This document shows, piece after piece, positions 9,025 through 19,099 of a stretch of DNA of 32,783 nt. The notes under the pieces are model-generated. The model had not been told where the DNA came from, made no database searches, and saw only the letters and a program-made list of their open reading frames with translations. How positions within the stretch are numbered: position 1 is the stretch's first letter; each line of letters opens with the position of its first letter. Origin of the DNA: Halobacteroidaceae bacterium (GTDB taxonomy: Bacteria > Bacillota > Halanaerobiia > B1SED10-174); NCBI GenBank assembly GCA_003550445.1, contig PUKG01000280.1, positions 1 to 32,783 on the forward strand. The letters run 5' to 3'. The translations under genes were made by a program, and so were the position numbers.

Positions 9025-9445
9025 CCAATCCCTCCTCACAACAACATTCAAAAACCCTTTCCACGGCCTCCTCAAGCAAACCAGCCAGATTTGTTGTCTG
9101 TCTTCCTACAATGTAAACGTGAGGTTGTTCCAGGGGAATTAAAATTTTTTTTGCTGGAGAATCTGCAACTGCTGTAGCAATTTCCGGAGTTATTTCTCCT
9201 CGCATTGCGTGCGGAATTATTATTCCAAGGGGGCCAAGGATAATATCCATTTTTCCCAGGTTATATATTATTGCCTTTTCTCCCGTAACTCCTAGTCCCG
9301 AGCAGCCTTCAAGCATTTTTTGGGTCGCAATTCCGTTGGTTCCCAGTAAAAAAAGGGTCGCCTTTTTGGGAAGCCTTGCTGAAAGTTTCCTGGCCATCTG
9401 GCTCCCCAAACCTCCCCCGAGACCATCAATTATTCCAATATTCAC
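9011..9445 (-). CDS. DUF3842-like small protein
   Basis: The N-terminus VNIGIIDGLGGGLGSQ..., then LLGTNGIATQKML...GEKAIIYN...DIILGPLGII...GEITPEIA...AKKILIPL, matches my recollection of the DUF3842 family. GTG 9445 is preceded by GGAGGAG with a 7-nt spacer, while the track ATG 9475 lacks an SD. The stop overlaps the downstream FAD gene start by 14 nt. Confidence 0.65.
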   Translation of the reverse strand: MNIGIIDGLGGGLGSQMARKLSARLPKKATLFLLGTNGIATQKMLEGCSGLGVTGEKAIIYNLGKMDIILGPLGIIIPHAMRGEITPEIATAVADSPAKKILIPLEQPHVYIVGRQTTNLAGLLEEAVERVFECCCEEGLDEKI

Positions 9446-9473
9446 TGAAATTCTCCTCCCCCCTGTGCTACCC

Positions 9474-9507
9474 AAAAAAGGAAAGGGGTAAACCCCTTTC
9501 CTTTTTT
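9474..9507 (-). terminator. Rho-independent, bidirectional-looking terminator after yerC
   Basis: AAAAAA, GGAAAGGGG, loop TAAA, CCCCTTTCC, TTTTTT. It has a perfect 9-bp stem, an A-run on one side and a T-run on the other. Confidence 0.8.
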
Positions 9508-9527
9508 ATTTTATTATGGGTTCTTCC

Positions 9528-9827
9528 CTATTTTTTGTCATCTTCCTTCAATCGGTCCAGAACTAACCTATATCCGTCTGAACCGTAATTTAAGTAACGT
9601 TTTACCCGGCTGATTGTTGCGGTGCTGGCTCCTGTTGCATCTGCAACCTCTTCATAAGTTGCTCCGGCCCTTAACATTCTTGCCACTTCCAACCTCTGGG
9701 CCATTGCTTTTATTTCGTTGATAGTGCAGGCATCCTCAAAAAAAGCATAGGCTTCTTCAATATTCCTTAAAGTAAGCACCGCTTTAAATAGCTGGTCAGT
9801 CATATCATCCTTAATCCTTCCATTCAT
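9528..9827 (-). CDS. yerC: YerC/YecD-family TrpR-like regulatory protein
   Basis: DQLFKAVLTLRNIEEAYAFFEDACTINEIKAMAQRLEVARML...GASTATISRVKRYLNYG is the typical YerC/YecD sequence. Start set at ATG 9827 (AGGAGG 8 nt upstream) rather than track GTG 9836. Confidence 0.85.
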   Translation of the reverse strand: MNGRIKDDMTDQLFKAVLTLRNIEEAYAFFEDACTINEIKAMAQRLEVARMLRAGATYEEVADATGASTATISRVKRYLNYGSDGYRLVLDRLKEDDKK

Positions 9828-9832
9828 CAAAC

Positions 9833-10423
9833 TCACCTCCTTTTAGAAATAATTGCTTTTATTAGATTCTTCCGTTCTTCCTCACCTTTTAGGATCAGTT
9901 TCAGGTTTTTTTGATGTTTAATAATTAACATTAAGGCTATAGCAATGCCAAGGAAAATCCCTTCTTTACCCAGTTGCCATCCCAGCAAAAAGGGCAAAAA
10001 CAAGCCCGTTAAAACACTGCTTAAAGCAATATACCAGGAAAAATAATTTATTATCAAAAAAATAAAAATTAAAATTGGGATTGAAATCGGGCTTAGAACT
10101 AATAAAGTTCCTGCCATCGTGGCTATGCCTTTACCACCCTGTCCTTTCAAGAACACCGACCAGTTATGGCCCGCAATAACCGCCCCGGCGGCAAGCAAAC
10201 CAAAACCAGCCATTTCTCCCATCAGGACCGCAATTGTCCCTTTTCCCACATCAATTAACAAGGTAAAAACCGCGGGCCAGCGGCCGAGGAGTCGGAGGAC
10301 GTTTGCGGTTCCAGGATTTTTACTACCCTCTTTAGTTATCTGCACACCCCTGGTCCGAGCAACCAGGACGGCTCCTGGAATACTCCCCAAAAGGTATGCC
10401 GCAACGACAACAATCCAGGCCAT
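9833..10423 (-). CDS. plsY: Glycerol-3-phosphate acyltransferase PlsY
   Basis: YLLGSIPGAVLVAR...GSKNPGTANVLRLLG...GHNWSVFLKGQGGKG are PlsY hallmarks. 196 aa, polytopic. Confidence 0.92.
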   Translation of the reverse strand: MAWIVVVAAYLLGSIPGAVLVARTRGVQITKEGSKNPGTANVLRLLGRWPAVFTLLIDVGKGTIAVLMGEMAGFGLLAAGAVIAGHNWSVFLKGQGGKGIATMAGTLLVLSPISIPILIFIFLIINYFSWYIALSSVLTGLFLPFLLGWQLGKEGIFLGIAIALMLIIKHQKNLKLILKGEEERKNLIKAIISKRR

Positions 10424-10464
10424 TTACAGTTCTCCCTTTTAATTAATTCTCTTTCCTTCTAAAC

Positions 10465-10491
10465 AATCCTTCTTTAAACAGAAGAAGGATT
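10465..10491 (-). terminator. AT-rich hairpin between guaA and plsY; a weak or partial terminator candidate
   Basis: AATCCTTCTT (10465-10474) pairs with AAGAAGGATT (10482-10491) around a 7-nt loop. The U-tail on the minus strand (UGUUUAG) is poor. Confidence 0.3.
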
Positions 10492-10499
10492 CAATTCCC

Positions 10500-12038
10500 T
10501 TATTCCCATTCAATTGTCCCGGGAGGTTTTGAAGTTATATCATAAACTACCCTATTAACTTCCTCAACCTCGTTCGTAATCCGCCGGGAAATACGGTCCA
10601 AAACCTCATAAGGAATTTTGGCCCAGGCAGCAGTCATAGCATCTTCGCTGGTTACCGCCCTTAAAACAATTGTTGATCCGTAAGTCCTTTCGTCTCCCAT
10701 TACACCTACACTTCGCAAATCCCCGGGAAGAACAGCAAATGCCTGCCAAACTTCCCTTTCAAGTCCACCTTTTTTTATTTCCTGACGGAAAATCTGGTCG
10801 GCAAGACGAACAGTTTCTAACCTCTTTTCCGTAATTTCCCCAATTATGCGCACGGCAAGACCCGGTCCGGGAAAGGGCTGTCTCCAAACCAAAGAGGGAG
10901 GCAAGCCAAGCATATCTCCAATTCTTCTGACCTCGTCTTTAAATAGTTCCCGGAGGGGTTCTACAAGATTTAAATTCATTCTTTCCGGGAGCCCACCAAC
11001 ATTATGATGAGATTTTATTGTAGAGGCCTCTCCATGGCCGCTTTCAATTACATCAGAGTAAACAGTGCCCTGAACAAGGAAATCAGCATGGGGTAATTTT
11101 TTTGCCTCCTCCTCAAACACTGCAATAAATTCATGACCGATAATTCTTCTCTTTTCCTCCGGATCCTGAACCCCTGACAGTTTCTCCAAAAATCTTTTCC
11201 GGGCATCGACAACTATTAATTTGGCCTGGAATTCTCTGTTGAAAGTTTCCTCTATTTCCCTGGGCTCATTGGCCCTCAATAACCCGTGATCAATGAAAAT
11301 ACAATAAAGACGGTCTCCAATAGCCTTTTGAACCAGGCGCGCCGCAACCGCGGAATCAACTCCTCCCGAAAGCCCGCAGATTGCAATGCCTTCCTTTACT
11401 CGTTCCCTGATAGCCGATATTTTTTCTTCAATAATATTTTCTTCCGTCCAGTCTCCTGAACATCCGGCAATTTCAAATAAAAAGTTCGTCATTATCTTTT
11501 GCCCCTCGGGAGTGTGAGCCACTTCAGGGTGAAATTGGACGCCATAAAATTTCCGTTCATAATCCCCAATTGCTGCCAGGGAGGTGTTTTCTGTTTTTCC
11601 TAATGGTTTAAAGCCTGCAGGTAAGGATAACACTTGATCTCCGTGGCTCATCCAAACATCAAGTCCTTTTTTTGTTCCAGCAAAAAGGGGCGATTCTTCG
11701 CTGACCTCAAGAAAGGCCGGTCCATACTCTCTCTTTTCAGCCCTACGGACCTGACCACCCAGTTGATAAGCCATGAGCTGCATTCCGTAACAAATCCCCA
11801 GAATCGGGACCCCTTCATTAAAAATCCGTTGATCAATTCTGGGAGCTCCGGGAGAATAAACACTATTAGGTCCTCCGGAAAGAATAATTGCTTTTGGTTT
11901 AATTTTCTTTATTTCTTCTACCGGGGTATCATAGGGTAATAGTCGGGCAAAAACATTTGCTTCTCTTATTCGGCGGACGATTAATTGATTATATTGTGCT
12001 CCAAAATCAATTACAACTACAGTCTCATTTTTAAGCAT
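10500..12038 (-). CDS. guaA: GMP synthase (glutamine-hydrolysing)
   Basis: 512 aa. It has a GATase domain ([15 protein letters not shown]), an ATP-PPase P-loop ([10 protein letters not shown]), and the C-terminal ...KPPGTIEWE. Confidence 0.97.
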   Translation of the reverse strand: MLKNETVVVIDFGAQYNQLIVRRIREANVFARLLPYDTPVEEIKKIKPKAIILSGGPNSVYSPGAPRIDQRIFNEGVPILGICYGMQLMAYQLGGQVRRAEKREYGPAFLEVSEESPLFAGTKKGLDVWMSHGDQVLSLPAGFKPLGKTENTSLAAIGDYERKFYGVQFHPEVAHTPEGQKIMTNFLFEIAGCSGDWTEENIIEEKISAIRERVKEGIAICGLSGGVDSAVAARLVQKAIGDRLYCIFIDHGLLRANEPREIEETFNREFQAKLIVVDARKRFLEKLSGVQDPEEKRRIIGHEFIAVFEEEAKKLPHADFLVQGTVYSDVIESGHGEASTIKSHHNVGGLPERMNLNLVEPLRELFKDEVRRIGDMLGLPPSLVWRQPFPGPGLAVRIIGEITEKRLETVRLADQIFRQEIKKGGLEREVWQAFAVLPGDLRSVGVMGDERTYGSTIVLRAVTSEDAMTAAWAKIPYEVLDRISRRITNEVEEVNRVVYDITSKPPGTIEWE

Positions 12039-13017
12039 TTTCCCGCCTCCCTACCTGGTCACTATAGGCAAACACCTCAGGATTACCTCCAGTATGGACA
12101 AAAAGGATTTTACTGTTTTCTGGAAAAAATCCTTGCAAGGTTAGATCTAAAACTCCAGCCAGTGCCTTACCGGTATAAACAGGACCAACAATAATTCCCT
12201 CTCTTAAAGCCAGGTACTTAACTGCCTGCAGGGTAGTTTCATCAAGCTGTCCATAACCGGGGCCCACATAATCCCTGGTTAGAATTAGGTCTCCTTCCTC
12301 CCTTGGATAATTTACTCCCAGCAATTCGGAAACCCCATTGAAAAGATCTCCAATAACGGGCCCAAAGTCCTGGTCGTCAGCTGCAATGCCCATTATTTTC
12401 GCCTGTAAATTGTACATATATTTCCCAAAAAGAAGCCCGGCGTGGGTTCCTCCGGAACCAGCAGGGGCTACAATATAATCAAACTTGACTCCCAGTTCCT
12501 TTTCCTGTTGGGCAATTTCCTCGGCAGCTTTAAGGTAACCAAGAGAACCCAGTGGAGTTGAGCCCCCCGTGGGAATATTAAGGACCTTTTTATCTGCTTT
12601 GGCAAGTTTTTCTACTTCCCTTTCAACTACATCACTTCTTTTTTCTCCCTCAGTCCAGACAATCCTGGCACCCAGGAGGCCATCCAGCAGAACATTACCC
12701 TGTTCTTCATGAGGGGAACTCCCTGCAAGGACTAATACTGCCTCCCATCCCAATTTTGCTGCAGCTGCTGCAGTCATTCTGGCATGATTGGATTGGGCTC
12801 CTCCCTGGGTAACAACGGTCCTACAGCCTTTTTTCTGCCCCTCCCCAAAAAGGTATTCCAGCTTACGAGCCTTATTGCCCCCAAAAGCAAGTCCTGTAAG
12901 ATCGTCTCTTTTAATATATAATTCCACTCCTTTGAGGTCCTGGTTCAATCTTTCCATTTTTTCTATAGGAGTGGGTATGGCTGTGAGATTAACTCTGGGG
13001 AATTTATCTTTCCACAT
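12031..13017 (-). CDS. PLP-dependent D-cysteine desulfhydrase / ACC-deaminase family enzyme
   Basis: [38 protein letters not shown], and [19 protein letters not shown]. Start set at ATG 13017 (GAGGTG 6 nt upstream) instead of track GTG 13044. The stop overlaps the guaA ATG (ATGCTTAA). Confidence 0.85.
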   Translation of the reverse strand: MWKDKFPRVNLTAIPTPIEKMERLNQDLKGVELYIKRDDLTGLAFGGNKARKLEYLFGEGQKKGCRTVVTQGGAQSNHARMTAAAAAKLGWEAVLVLAGSSPHEEQGNVLLDGLLGARIVWTEGEKRSDVVEREVEKLAKADKKVLNIPTGGSTPLGSLGYLKAAEEIAQQEKELGVKFDYIVAPAGSGGTHAGLLFGKYMYNLQAKIMGIAADDQDFGPVIGDLFNGVSELLGVNYPREEGDLILTRDYVGPGYGQLDETTLQAVKYLALREGIIVGPVYTGKALAGVLDLTLQGFFPENSKILFVHTGGNPEVFAYSDQVGRRENA

Positions 13018-13194
13018 TTTTTTCACCTCGTTTTTCCTTATCACCTTTGGACAAAACTTTTGGAAATTTTTCTACCCAAAAGTCATGTTTAACGGGTAAA
13101 GGAGAGCAGTTTTTTTTCATACTCTTTTCTTCTGTAAAATTAAATAAACTCCTTTATTTTAGCCACTTTAAAGAGAAATTTTGTAGTATTCAAA

Positions 13195-13226
13195 AACAAA
13201 AACCCTGCACAAGGCAGGGTTTTTTG
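13195..13226 (-). terminator. Rho-independent terminator after groEL
   Basis: CCCTGC (13203-13208) pairs with GCAGGG (13214-13219). The stem is extended by an A5/T5 run, and on the minus strand it is followed by UUUUUGUUUUUG. Confidence 0.8.
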
Positions 13227-13266
13227 CTTTATTTCTCCACCCTCAATATTTCTGAGGATTAAATCC

Positions 13267-14898
<1,632 letters not shown>

Positions 14899-14916
14899 CT
14901 ACCTCCCCAATTTGTT

Positions 14917-15207
14917 TTAATCGTTTACAATTGCCAGAATATCTTTTTCGCTGATGATAAGATATTCATGGTCATCTCTTTTTAATTCAGTTCCGGCATA
15001 CTTTGCATAGATAACTTTGTCGCCTACCTTAACGCTTAAAGCAACTTTTTCTCCATTATCAAGCATCCGGCCTTCCCCTACAGCAATAACTTCCCCCTCC
15101 TGCGGTTTTTCTTTGGCAGTATCCGGGAGAACGATCCCGCTTTTGGTCATCTCTTCTTTTTCTATGGGTTTGATGACCACGCGATCACCCAATGGCTTTA
15201 TGTTCAC
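14917..15207 (-). CDS. groES: Co-chaperonin GroES
   Basis: (V)[46 protein letters not shown] start with AAGGGGG 7 nt upstream. Confidence 0.98.
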   Translation of the reverse strand: MNIKPLGDRVVIKPIEKEEMTKSGIVLPDTAKEKPQEGEVIAVGEGRMLDNGEKVALSVKVGDKVIYAKYAGTELKRDDHEYLIISEKDILAIVND

Positions 15208-15244
15208 TACAATACCCCCTTTGAGAATATTTGGTTAAAATTTG

Positions 15245-15271
15245 TTAGCACTCCTTTGGGCCGAGTGCTAA
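15245..15271 (-). promoter_or_regulatory. CIRCE operator (HrcA binding site)
   Basis: Perfect consensus match: TTAGCACTC, 9 nt (CTTTGGGCC), GAGTGCTAA. It lies between the putative promoter and the groES start. Confidence 0.95.
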
Positions 15272-15285
15272 TGGTCACACAGATT

Positions 15286-15314
15286 ATAATAATCAAGAAA
15301 GCATCTAAAATCAA
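15286..15314 (-). promoter_or_regulatory. Putative sigma-70-type groESL promoter
   Basis: On the minus strand: TTGATT (15314-15309), a 17-nt spacer, TATTAT (15291-15286). CIRCE begins about 14 nt downstream, which is the usual arrangement. Confidence 0.55.
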
Positions 15315-15409
15315 ACACTTTCCCAGGCAAAATTCGGCTTTCTAACAACTTTAAACTTTAAATTCTCTTAATTACTCTGTTTTTCTTCAAATAAAAACTC
15401 TTTTTAATT

Positions 15410-16729
15410 TTACCCGGATATTTCTAGACAGGGAATCCCTGTTTTTTCTTCCAGTTCAGCCTTACCTCTTCCCCACAGATCTCTTCCCCTTCTATCAAAA
15501 ATAACTGCGGGGAGGACAAGCATCCCCAGTTGCTTTTCTCGAATAATGGGACCAACCTGCTCGCTAATATCCCTTACACCTAAAAGCCCAGCAGAATCAA
15601 TTGAGCCTCCAAAAACGGTATTGGTAATCGGTATAACTTCAATATCAGTATTTTCCAGTCCCTTATTTAATAGGGGAAAAGCACCGGAAGATGTTATGAC
15701 TCCAAGTCTTTCTTTTTCTCCCAATTCCCTAATTTTTTCAATAACTTTGTAGTCAATATCCCGGTAAAAAATGGCCCCGCTGGAAGAAAAAGAACCATTT
15801 TTAATAAACAAATCCAGCTCACTTCCTTCCCTGTTAACACGAACCTTTTCCCCTTTTAACCCATTCAGGTAATGATGGGCCTCTACTCGAGACCGGGGGG
15901 TTTTTCCCTCAACAGAAATAATAATATCCCCTTTTCTCAAGCCTGCACTACAAGCAGGGCTTCTTTTCCTTACTCCTTCAACCCGGGGTTTAAAGTCAAC
16001 CAATCTGGGGGGTTCAAGTAATAGGGGAATATCGTTTTCTTCAGCCAGGGAGGAAACAAACTTTTCCATTCGCTCCTCGTCCCCGGGCTTTAACATCAAC
16101 TCCTCTGGGCCCACGCGGGCAATGGCTGGCTTAAAGATCGTTATATCCTCCGGGAAATATTTCGCTGCAAGGCAAATTGTTTCCTTAATAGCTTGCCACC
16201 CCGTTAAATTTGGCATGGCAACAAGAGTTACCGAGTAAGGGATTGTCTGGTGATATAGTTGATTTAGAACAGACTCCATATTTATTTTTCTCGAAGAAAG
16301 AAACTTTTTCCGCAAAAAAGGATCAACCAGGTTCAGGGAAACTTTTAATCTCAGGGGATGAAATTTTTTCAGGCGGCGGATTTTTTCTTCATCAAGCAGG
16401 TCCCCTCCCGTTACGATTTCCAGTGGTGTTTGTGGATAACGCTCCCGAAATAATTCCAGGACATGAAAAAATTCCGGGTAACAAAGGGGCTCACCTTCAA
16501 TTACCCTGCTTACCGATTCTCCCGTTCTGACCTCTCTATCTGGATCGAGAAACGGTAATAATTCACGAACCATGCCAAAAGGAAGATGCCCCGGGGAGAA
16601 AACTTCGGTACCGGGAGGGTTAAATTGATGGCTACAAAAAATACATCTCTGAGAACAAACCGATGTTAAATGCAGGATATTGTCCCTGCTATAACTTTCC
16701 ACTATCAACTGTTCCCATTTTTCACCCAA
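15410..16729 (-). CDS. Radical SAM protein with an internal PDZ domain and a DUF512-like C-terminus
   Basis: The CxxxCxxC motif CSQRCIFC is encoded at 16634-16657, which I verified as TGT TCT CAG AGA TGT ATT TTT TGT. PDZ-like SPACSAGLRKGDIIISVEGK lies mid-protein. The C-terminal NTVFGGSIDSAGLLGVRDI resembles the DUF512 motif. TTG start with AGGAGG 9 nt upstream. Confidence 0.8.
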   Translation of the reverse strand: MGEKWEQLIVESYSRDNILHLTSVCSQRCIFCSHQFNPPGTEVFSPGHLPFGMVRELLPFLDPDREVRTGESVSRVIEGEPLCYPEFFHVLELFRERYPQTPLEIVTGGDLLDEEKIRRLKKFHPLRLKVSLNLVDPFLRKKFLSSRKINMESVLNQLYHQTIPYSVTLVAMPNLTGWQAIKETICLAAKYFPEDITIFKPAIARVGPEELMLKPGDEERMEKFVSSLAEENDIPLLLEPPRLVDFKPRVEGVRKRSPACSAGLRKGDIIISVEGKTPRSRVEAHHYLNGLKGEKVRVNREGSELDLFIKNGSFSSSGAIFYRDIDYKVIEKIRELGEKERLGVITSSGAFPLLNKGLENTDIEVIPITNTVFGGSIDSAGLLGVRDISEQVGPIIREKQLGMLVLPAVIFDRRGRDLWGRGKAELEEKTGIPCLEISG

Positions 16730-16744
16730 TTGAGAATACCTCCT

Positions 16745-16921
16745 ATATCCACAGTATCCACAGACTTATCCACAGGGAAGGTCCCTAAAACCCGAAACAC
16801 ATCGATCTTTTCCACAGTATTTCTTGTTTTTTCCATTTCTGATTACATAATTTTCCTTTTTATTTCCACAGAAAAACCCTTTCCGGCATAAGGAAGAAAG
16901 GGTTTTTCCACATTTTCCACA
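16745..16921 (+). promoter_or_regulatory. Cluster of seven co-oriented DnaA boxes
   Basis: ATATCCACA 16745-53, GTATCCACA 16754-62, TTATCCACA 16766-74 (perfect), TTTTCCACA 16808-16, ATTTCCACA 16862-70, TTTTCCACA 16904-12, TTTTCCACA 16913-21. The consensus is TTATCCACA. Confidence 0.7.
16872..16907 (-). terminator. Rho-independent terminator after tsaD
   Basis: AAAAACCCTTTC (16872-16883) pairs with GAAAGGGTTTTT (16896-16907) around a 12-nt loop. On the minus strand the GC core is followed by UUUUU. Confidence 0.7.
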
Positions 16922-16948
16922 ATTAGCCAGGCCAAAAAAATTCACAGC

Positions 16949-17959
16949 CTATAATTGAAGGCGGGGATTGGCATCTAAATCCAGGGAGCTTGTTTTTCCC
17001 TGATTAAGCAAGAAATAACCAGCTCCTGCTATCATTGCAGCATTGTCAGTACAGTATTCCAGGGAGGGATAGTACAGGTTAGCCCCTCTTTCCCGGAGCA
17101 TCTTCCCCAATCTTCCCCGCAAATATTTATTAGCAGCAACTCCTCCCGCAAGAAGGACTTTGTCCACTGGAAAATCATTTAATGCTCTTTCCACCTTTTC
17201 CAGGAGAATATCCACAACGGTTTTCTGAAAAGAAGCTGCAATATCCGCTTCTGGAACCCTTCCTTCTTTTTGCTCTAGATTGTGAGCAAGATTAATCACG
17301 GCGGTTTTCAAGCCACTAAAGGAAAACCCGAAGCGATCCTCCCCCAGGTCTGCTATGGGAAAAGAAAACCTTTCAGCATCACCGGTTTCGCTAATTCTTT
17401 CAATTGCAGGTCCTCCCGGATAGCCCAGGCCTAAAAATCGAGCAACCTTATCAAAAGATTCTCCTGCCGCATCATCCCGGGTTCTTCCCAGAATTTCGTA
17501 CTTGCCCCATTCTTCAGTATATAAAAGGTCAGTATGTCCCCCTGAAACTGTAAGGCATAATAATGGGGGTTCTAATTCCGGATGTTCCAGTAAATTTGAG
17601 TAAATATGCCCGAGAATATGGTTAACCCCTATTAAAGGAAGCCCCAGGGCCCAGGAAAGGGTTTTTGCAGCTACAATTCCAATAAGTAGACTCCCCACAA
17701 GACCTGGTCCGTAGGTGACAGCTATACCCGAAAGGTCGGAAAAGTCAACTTCGGCTTTTTCCAGAGCCCTCTTTATTACCCTGTCCAACAGCTCCAGGTG
17801 TTTACGGGAGGCAAGTTCTGGTACAACACCACCAAACTCCCGGTGCAGGTTAATCTGGGAAGCAATTATATTACTTTTTACATACCTTCCCCCGGCAACA
17901 ACAGCTGCAGAGGTTTCATCACATGAGGTTTCAATACCTAAAATCAAATCCCCCGCCAT
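16949..17959 (-). CDS. tsaD: tRNA N6-adenosine threonylcarbamoyltransferase TsaD
   Basis: ILGIETSCDETSAAVV..., GVNHILGHIY, and SGGHT are Kae1/TsaD hallmarks. 336 aa. Confidence 0.97.
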   Translation of the reverse strand: MAGDLILGIETSCDETSAAVVAGGRYVKSNIIASQINLHREFGGVVPELASRKHLELLDRVIKRALEKAEVDFSDLSGIAVTYGPGLVGSLLIGIVAAKTLSWALGLPLIGVNHILGHIYSNLLEHPELEPPLLCLTVSGGHTDLLYTEEWGKYEILGRTRDDAAGESFDKVARFLGLGYPGGPAIERISETGDAERFSFPIADLGEDRFGFSFSGLKTAVINLAHNLEQKEGRVPEADIAASFQKTVVDILLEKVERALNDFPVDKVLLAGGVAANKYLRGRLGKMLRERGANLYYPSLEYCTDNAAMIAGAGYFLLNQGKTSSLDLDANPRLQL

Positions 17960-18419
17960 GCCCTTCTCCCCCCTCTAAATCCTTGGTCATTATTATTGCA
18001 TCTTCCCTGTTATCCCGATAATATCCGGGACGAACCCCCGTCTCCCTAAAGCCTTCTTTTTTATATAGTTTTCGGGCAACTTTATTGGATTCCCTTACTT
18101 CAAGGGTAATTCGATAAAGTCTTTTTTCCATTGCTGCCATATAAACCTGTTCAATTAACCTGGAGGCCGTTCCCTGTCTTCGAAATTCTGAAGCTACTGC
18201 AAGGCTTGTTATGTGGATTTCTCCAGGAACAAACCACATCCCTACATAACCGATTATCTTTTCATCCTTTTCTAACACCAGGTACCTTGCCCGGCGGTTT
18301 CGAGTTAACTCCTGTTTAAACAACCGCTCCGACCAGGGGGATTGGAAAGACTCTTTTTCTATCTCCATTATTCGCGGCAGGTCCTTTAGCTGCATTAATC
18401 TAACTTCCAGGGTAACCAC
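17931..18419 (-). CDS. rimI: Ribosomal-protein-alanine N-acetyltransferase RimI (GNAT)
   Basis: It has the GNAT core VASEFRRQGTASRLI and sits between tsaB and tsaD. The start is uncertain (GTG 18419 or ATG 18395). The 3' end overlaps tsaD by 29 nt. Confidence 0.85.
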   Translation of the reverse strand: MVTLEVRLMQLKDLPRIMEIEKESFQSPWSERLFKQELTRNRRARYLVLEKDEKIIGYVGMWFVPGEIHITSLAVASEFRRQGTASRLIEQVYMAAMEKRLYRITLEVRESNKVARKLYKKEGFRETGVRPGYYRDNREDAIIMTKDLEGGEGHGGGFDFRY

Positions 18420-18424
18420 CTCAT

Positions 18425-19099
18425 CTAAACTGCCTTTTTCATATACCTGGGAACAATCCTTTCCAGATTTTCCCCTTCGGGATTATCTTTATACCTTAAA
18501 AATCCTGCATGGGCAATGGCACCGCCACGAAGTTGGTTATTAAAAACAGGGGGCATTGAAATAGTCCCGGGAAATTTTTTTTCCAGAGTTTTAAGGTAGC
18601 TATTGGGATATTCCCCAACAACCACAAGGTTTGCACAATAAGCCTCTATTTCTGGCCCTATATCCTCAATATTTCCAGCCCTATCCTTGATCAATGGAAT
18701 AGGGCGGTATTCTTCCCAGGAATAAAGGCCCCAGTAAACCCTTTCATTCCTGGCATCGAGTAGACTTAAAATCGGTTGACCCTGAGGACAGTTTATTGCC
18801 AGGGCCTCCAGTGTTGATAATCCCCAGATAGGAATATCCAGGGCAAGGGTTAGGGACCTGGCAAGGGTAATCCCAACCCGGGTTCCTGTAAAAGACCCCG
18901 GCCCCAATCCCACAACAATACCCTTTAAATCTTTAACGTCTAATTTAATGTGGGAAAAAAGCTGAGCGAGTAGCGGGTTTAAAATCCTCCCATGTCCCCG
19001 ATCTACCCGGAAGGAAAGTTCTCCTAAAACGCCTTCTTCCTCGTGGTAAACCCCCATTGCACCGGTAGAAGTAGCCGTATCAATTCCCAAAATCATCAT
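18425..19099 (-). CDS. tsaB: tRNA threonylcarbamoyladenosine biosynthesis protein TsaB
   Basis: MMILGIDTATSTGAMGV..., GPGSFTGTRVGITLARSL. 224 aa, in the conserved position. Confidence 0.93.
   Translation of the reverse strand: MMILGIDTATSTGAMGVYHEEEGVLGELSFRVDRGHGRILNPLLAQLFSHIKLDVKDLKGIVVGLGPGSFTGTRVGITLARSLTLALDIPIWGLSTLEALAINCPQGQPILSLLDARNERVYWGLYSWEEYRPIPLIKDRAGNIEDIGPEIEAYCANLVVVGEYPNSYLKTLEKKFPGTISMPPVFNNQLRGGAIAHAGFLRYKDNPEGENLERIVPRYMKKAV

Noticed and set aside
5284-9500. A genomic island integrated at the 3' end of tRNA-Pro.
   Set aside because: I found no integrase, recombinase or phage gene, and I noticed no direct repeat of the tRNA 3' end downstream. The neighbouring genes look compositionally like the rest of the window.
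13018-13266. A possible purine riboswitch, leader or small ORF upstream of the dcyD-like/guaA pair, together with the 71-aa plus-strand ORF 13047-13262.
   Set aside because: The minus strand lacks the conserved purine-riboswitch core (UAUAAU...GGAUAUGG...UUUCUACC...CCGUAAAU). The TTTCTACCC I noticed is on the wrong strand. The plus-strand ORF crosses the groEL terminator and is low in complexity. A 39-codon minus-strand ORF there has no good SD.
16670-16891. A 73-aa plus-strand ORF spanning the DnaA-box spacer.
   Set aside because: It starts inside the radical-SAM CDS on the opposite strand. Its 'STV/STD' repeats are simply the translated TCCACAG boxes. It has no SD and reads through the tsaD terminator.
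16730-16948. The DnaA-box cluster with its AT-rich core could be the chromosomal origin (oriC).
   Set aside because: Every gene for at least 11 kb on both sides is on the minus strand, including groESL, glmS and guaA. An origin here would put one whole flank head-on to replication, and there is no gene-orientation switch. No dnaA, dnaN or rpmH is nearby. A non-origin DnaA-box cluster or a DnaA-regulated promoter is more likely. A GC-skew analysis of the full genome would settle it.
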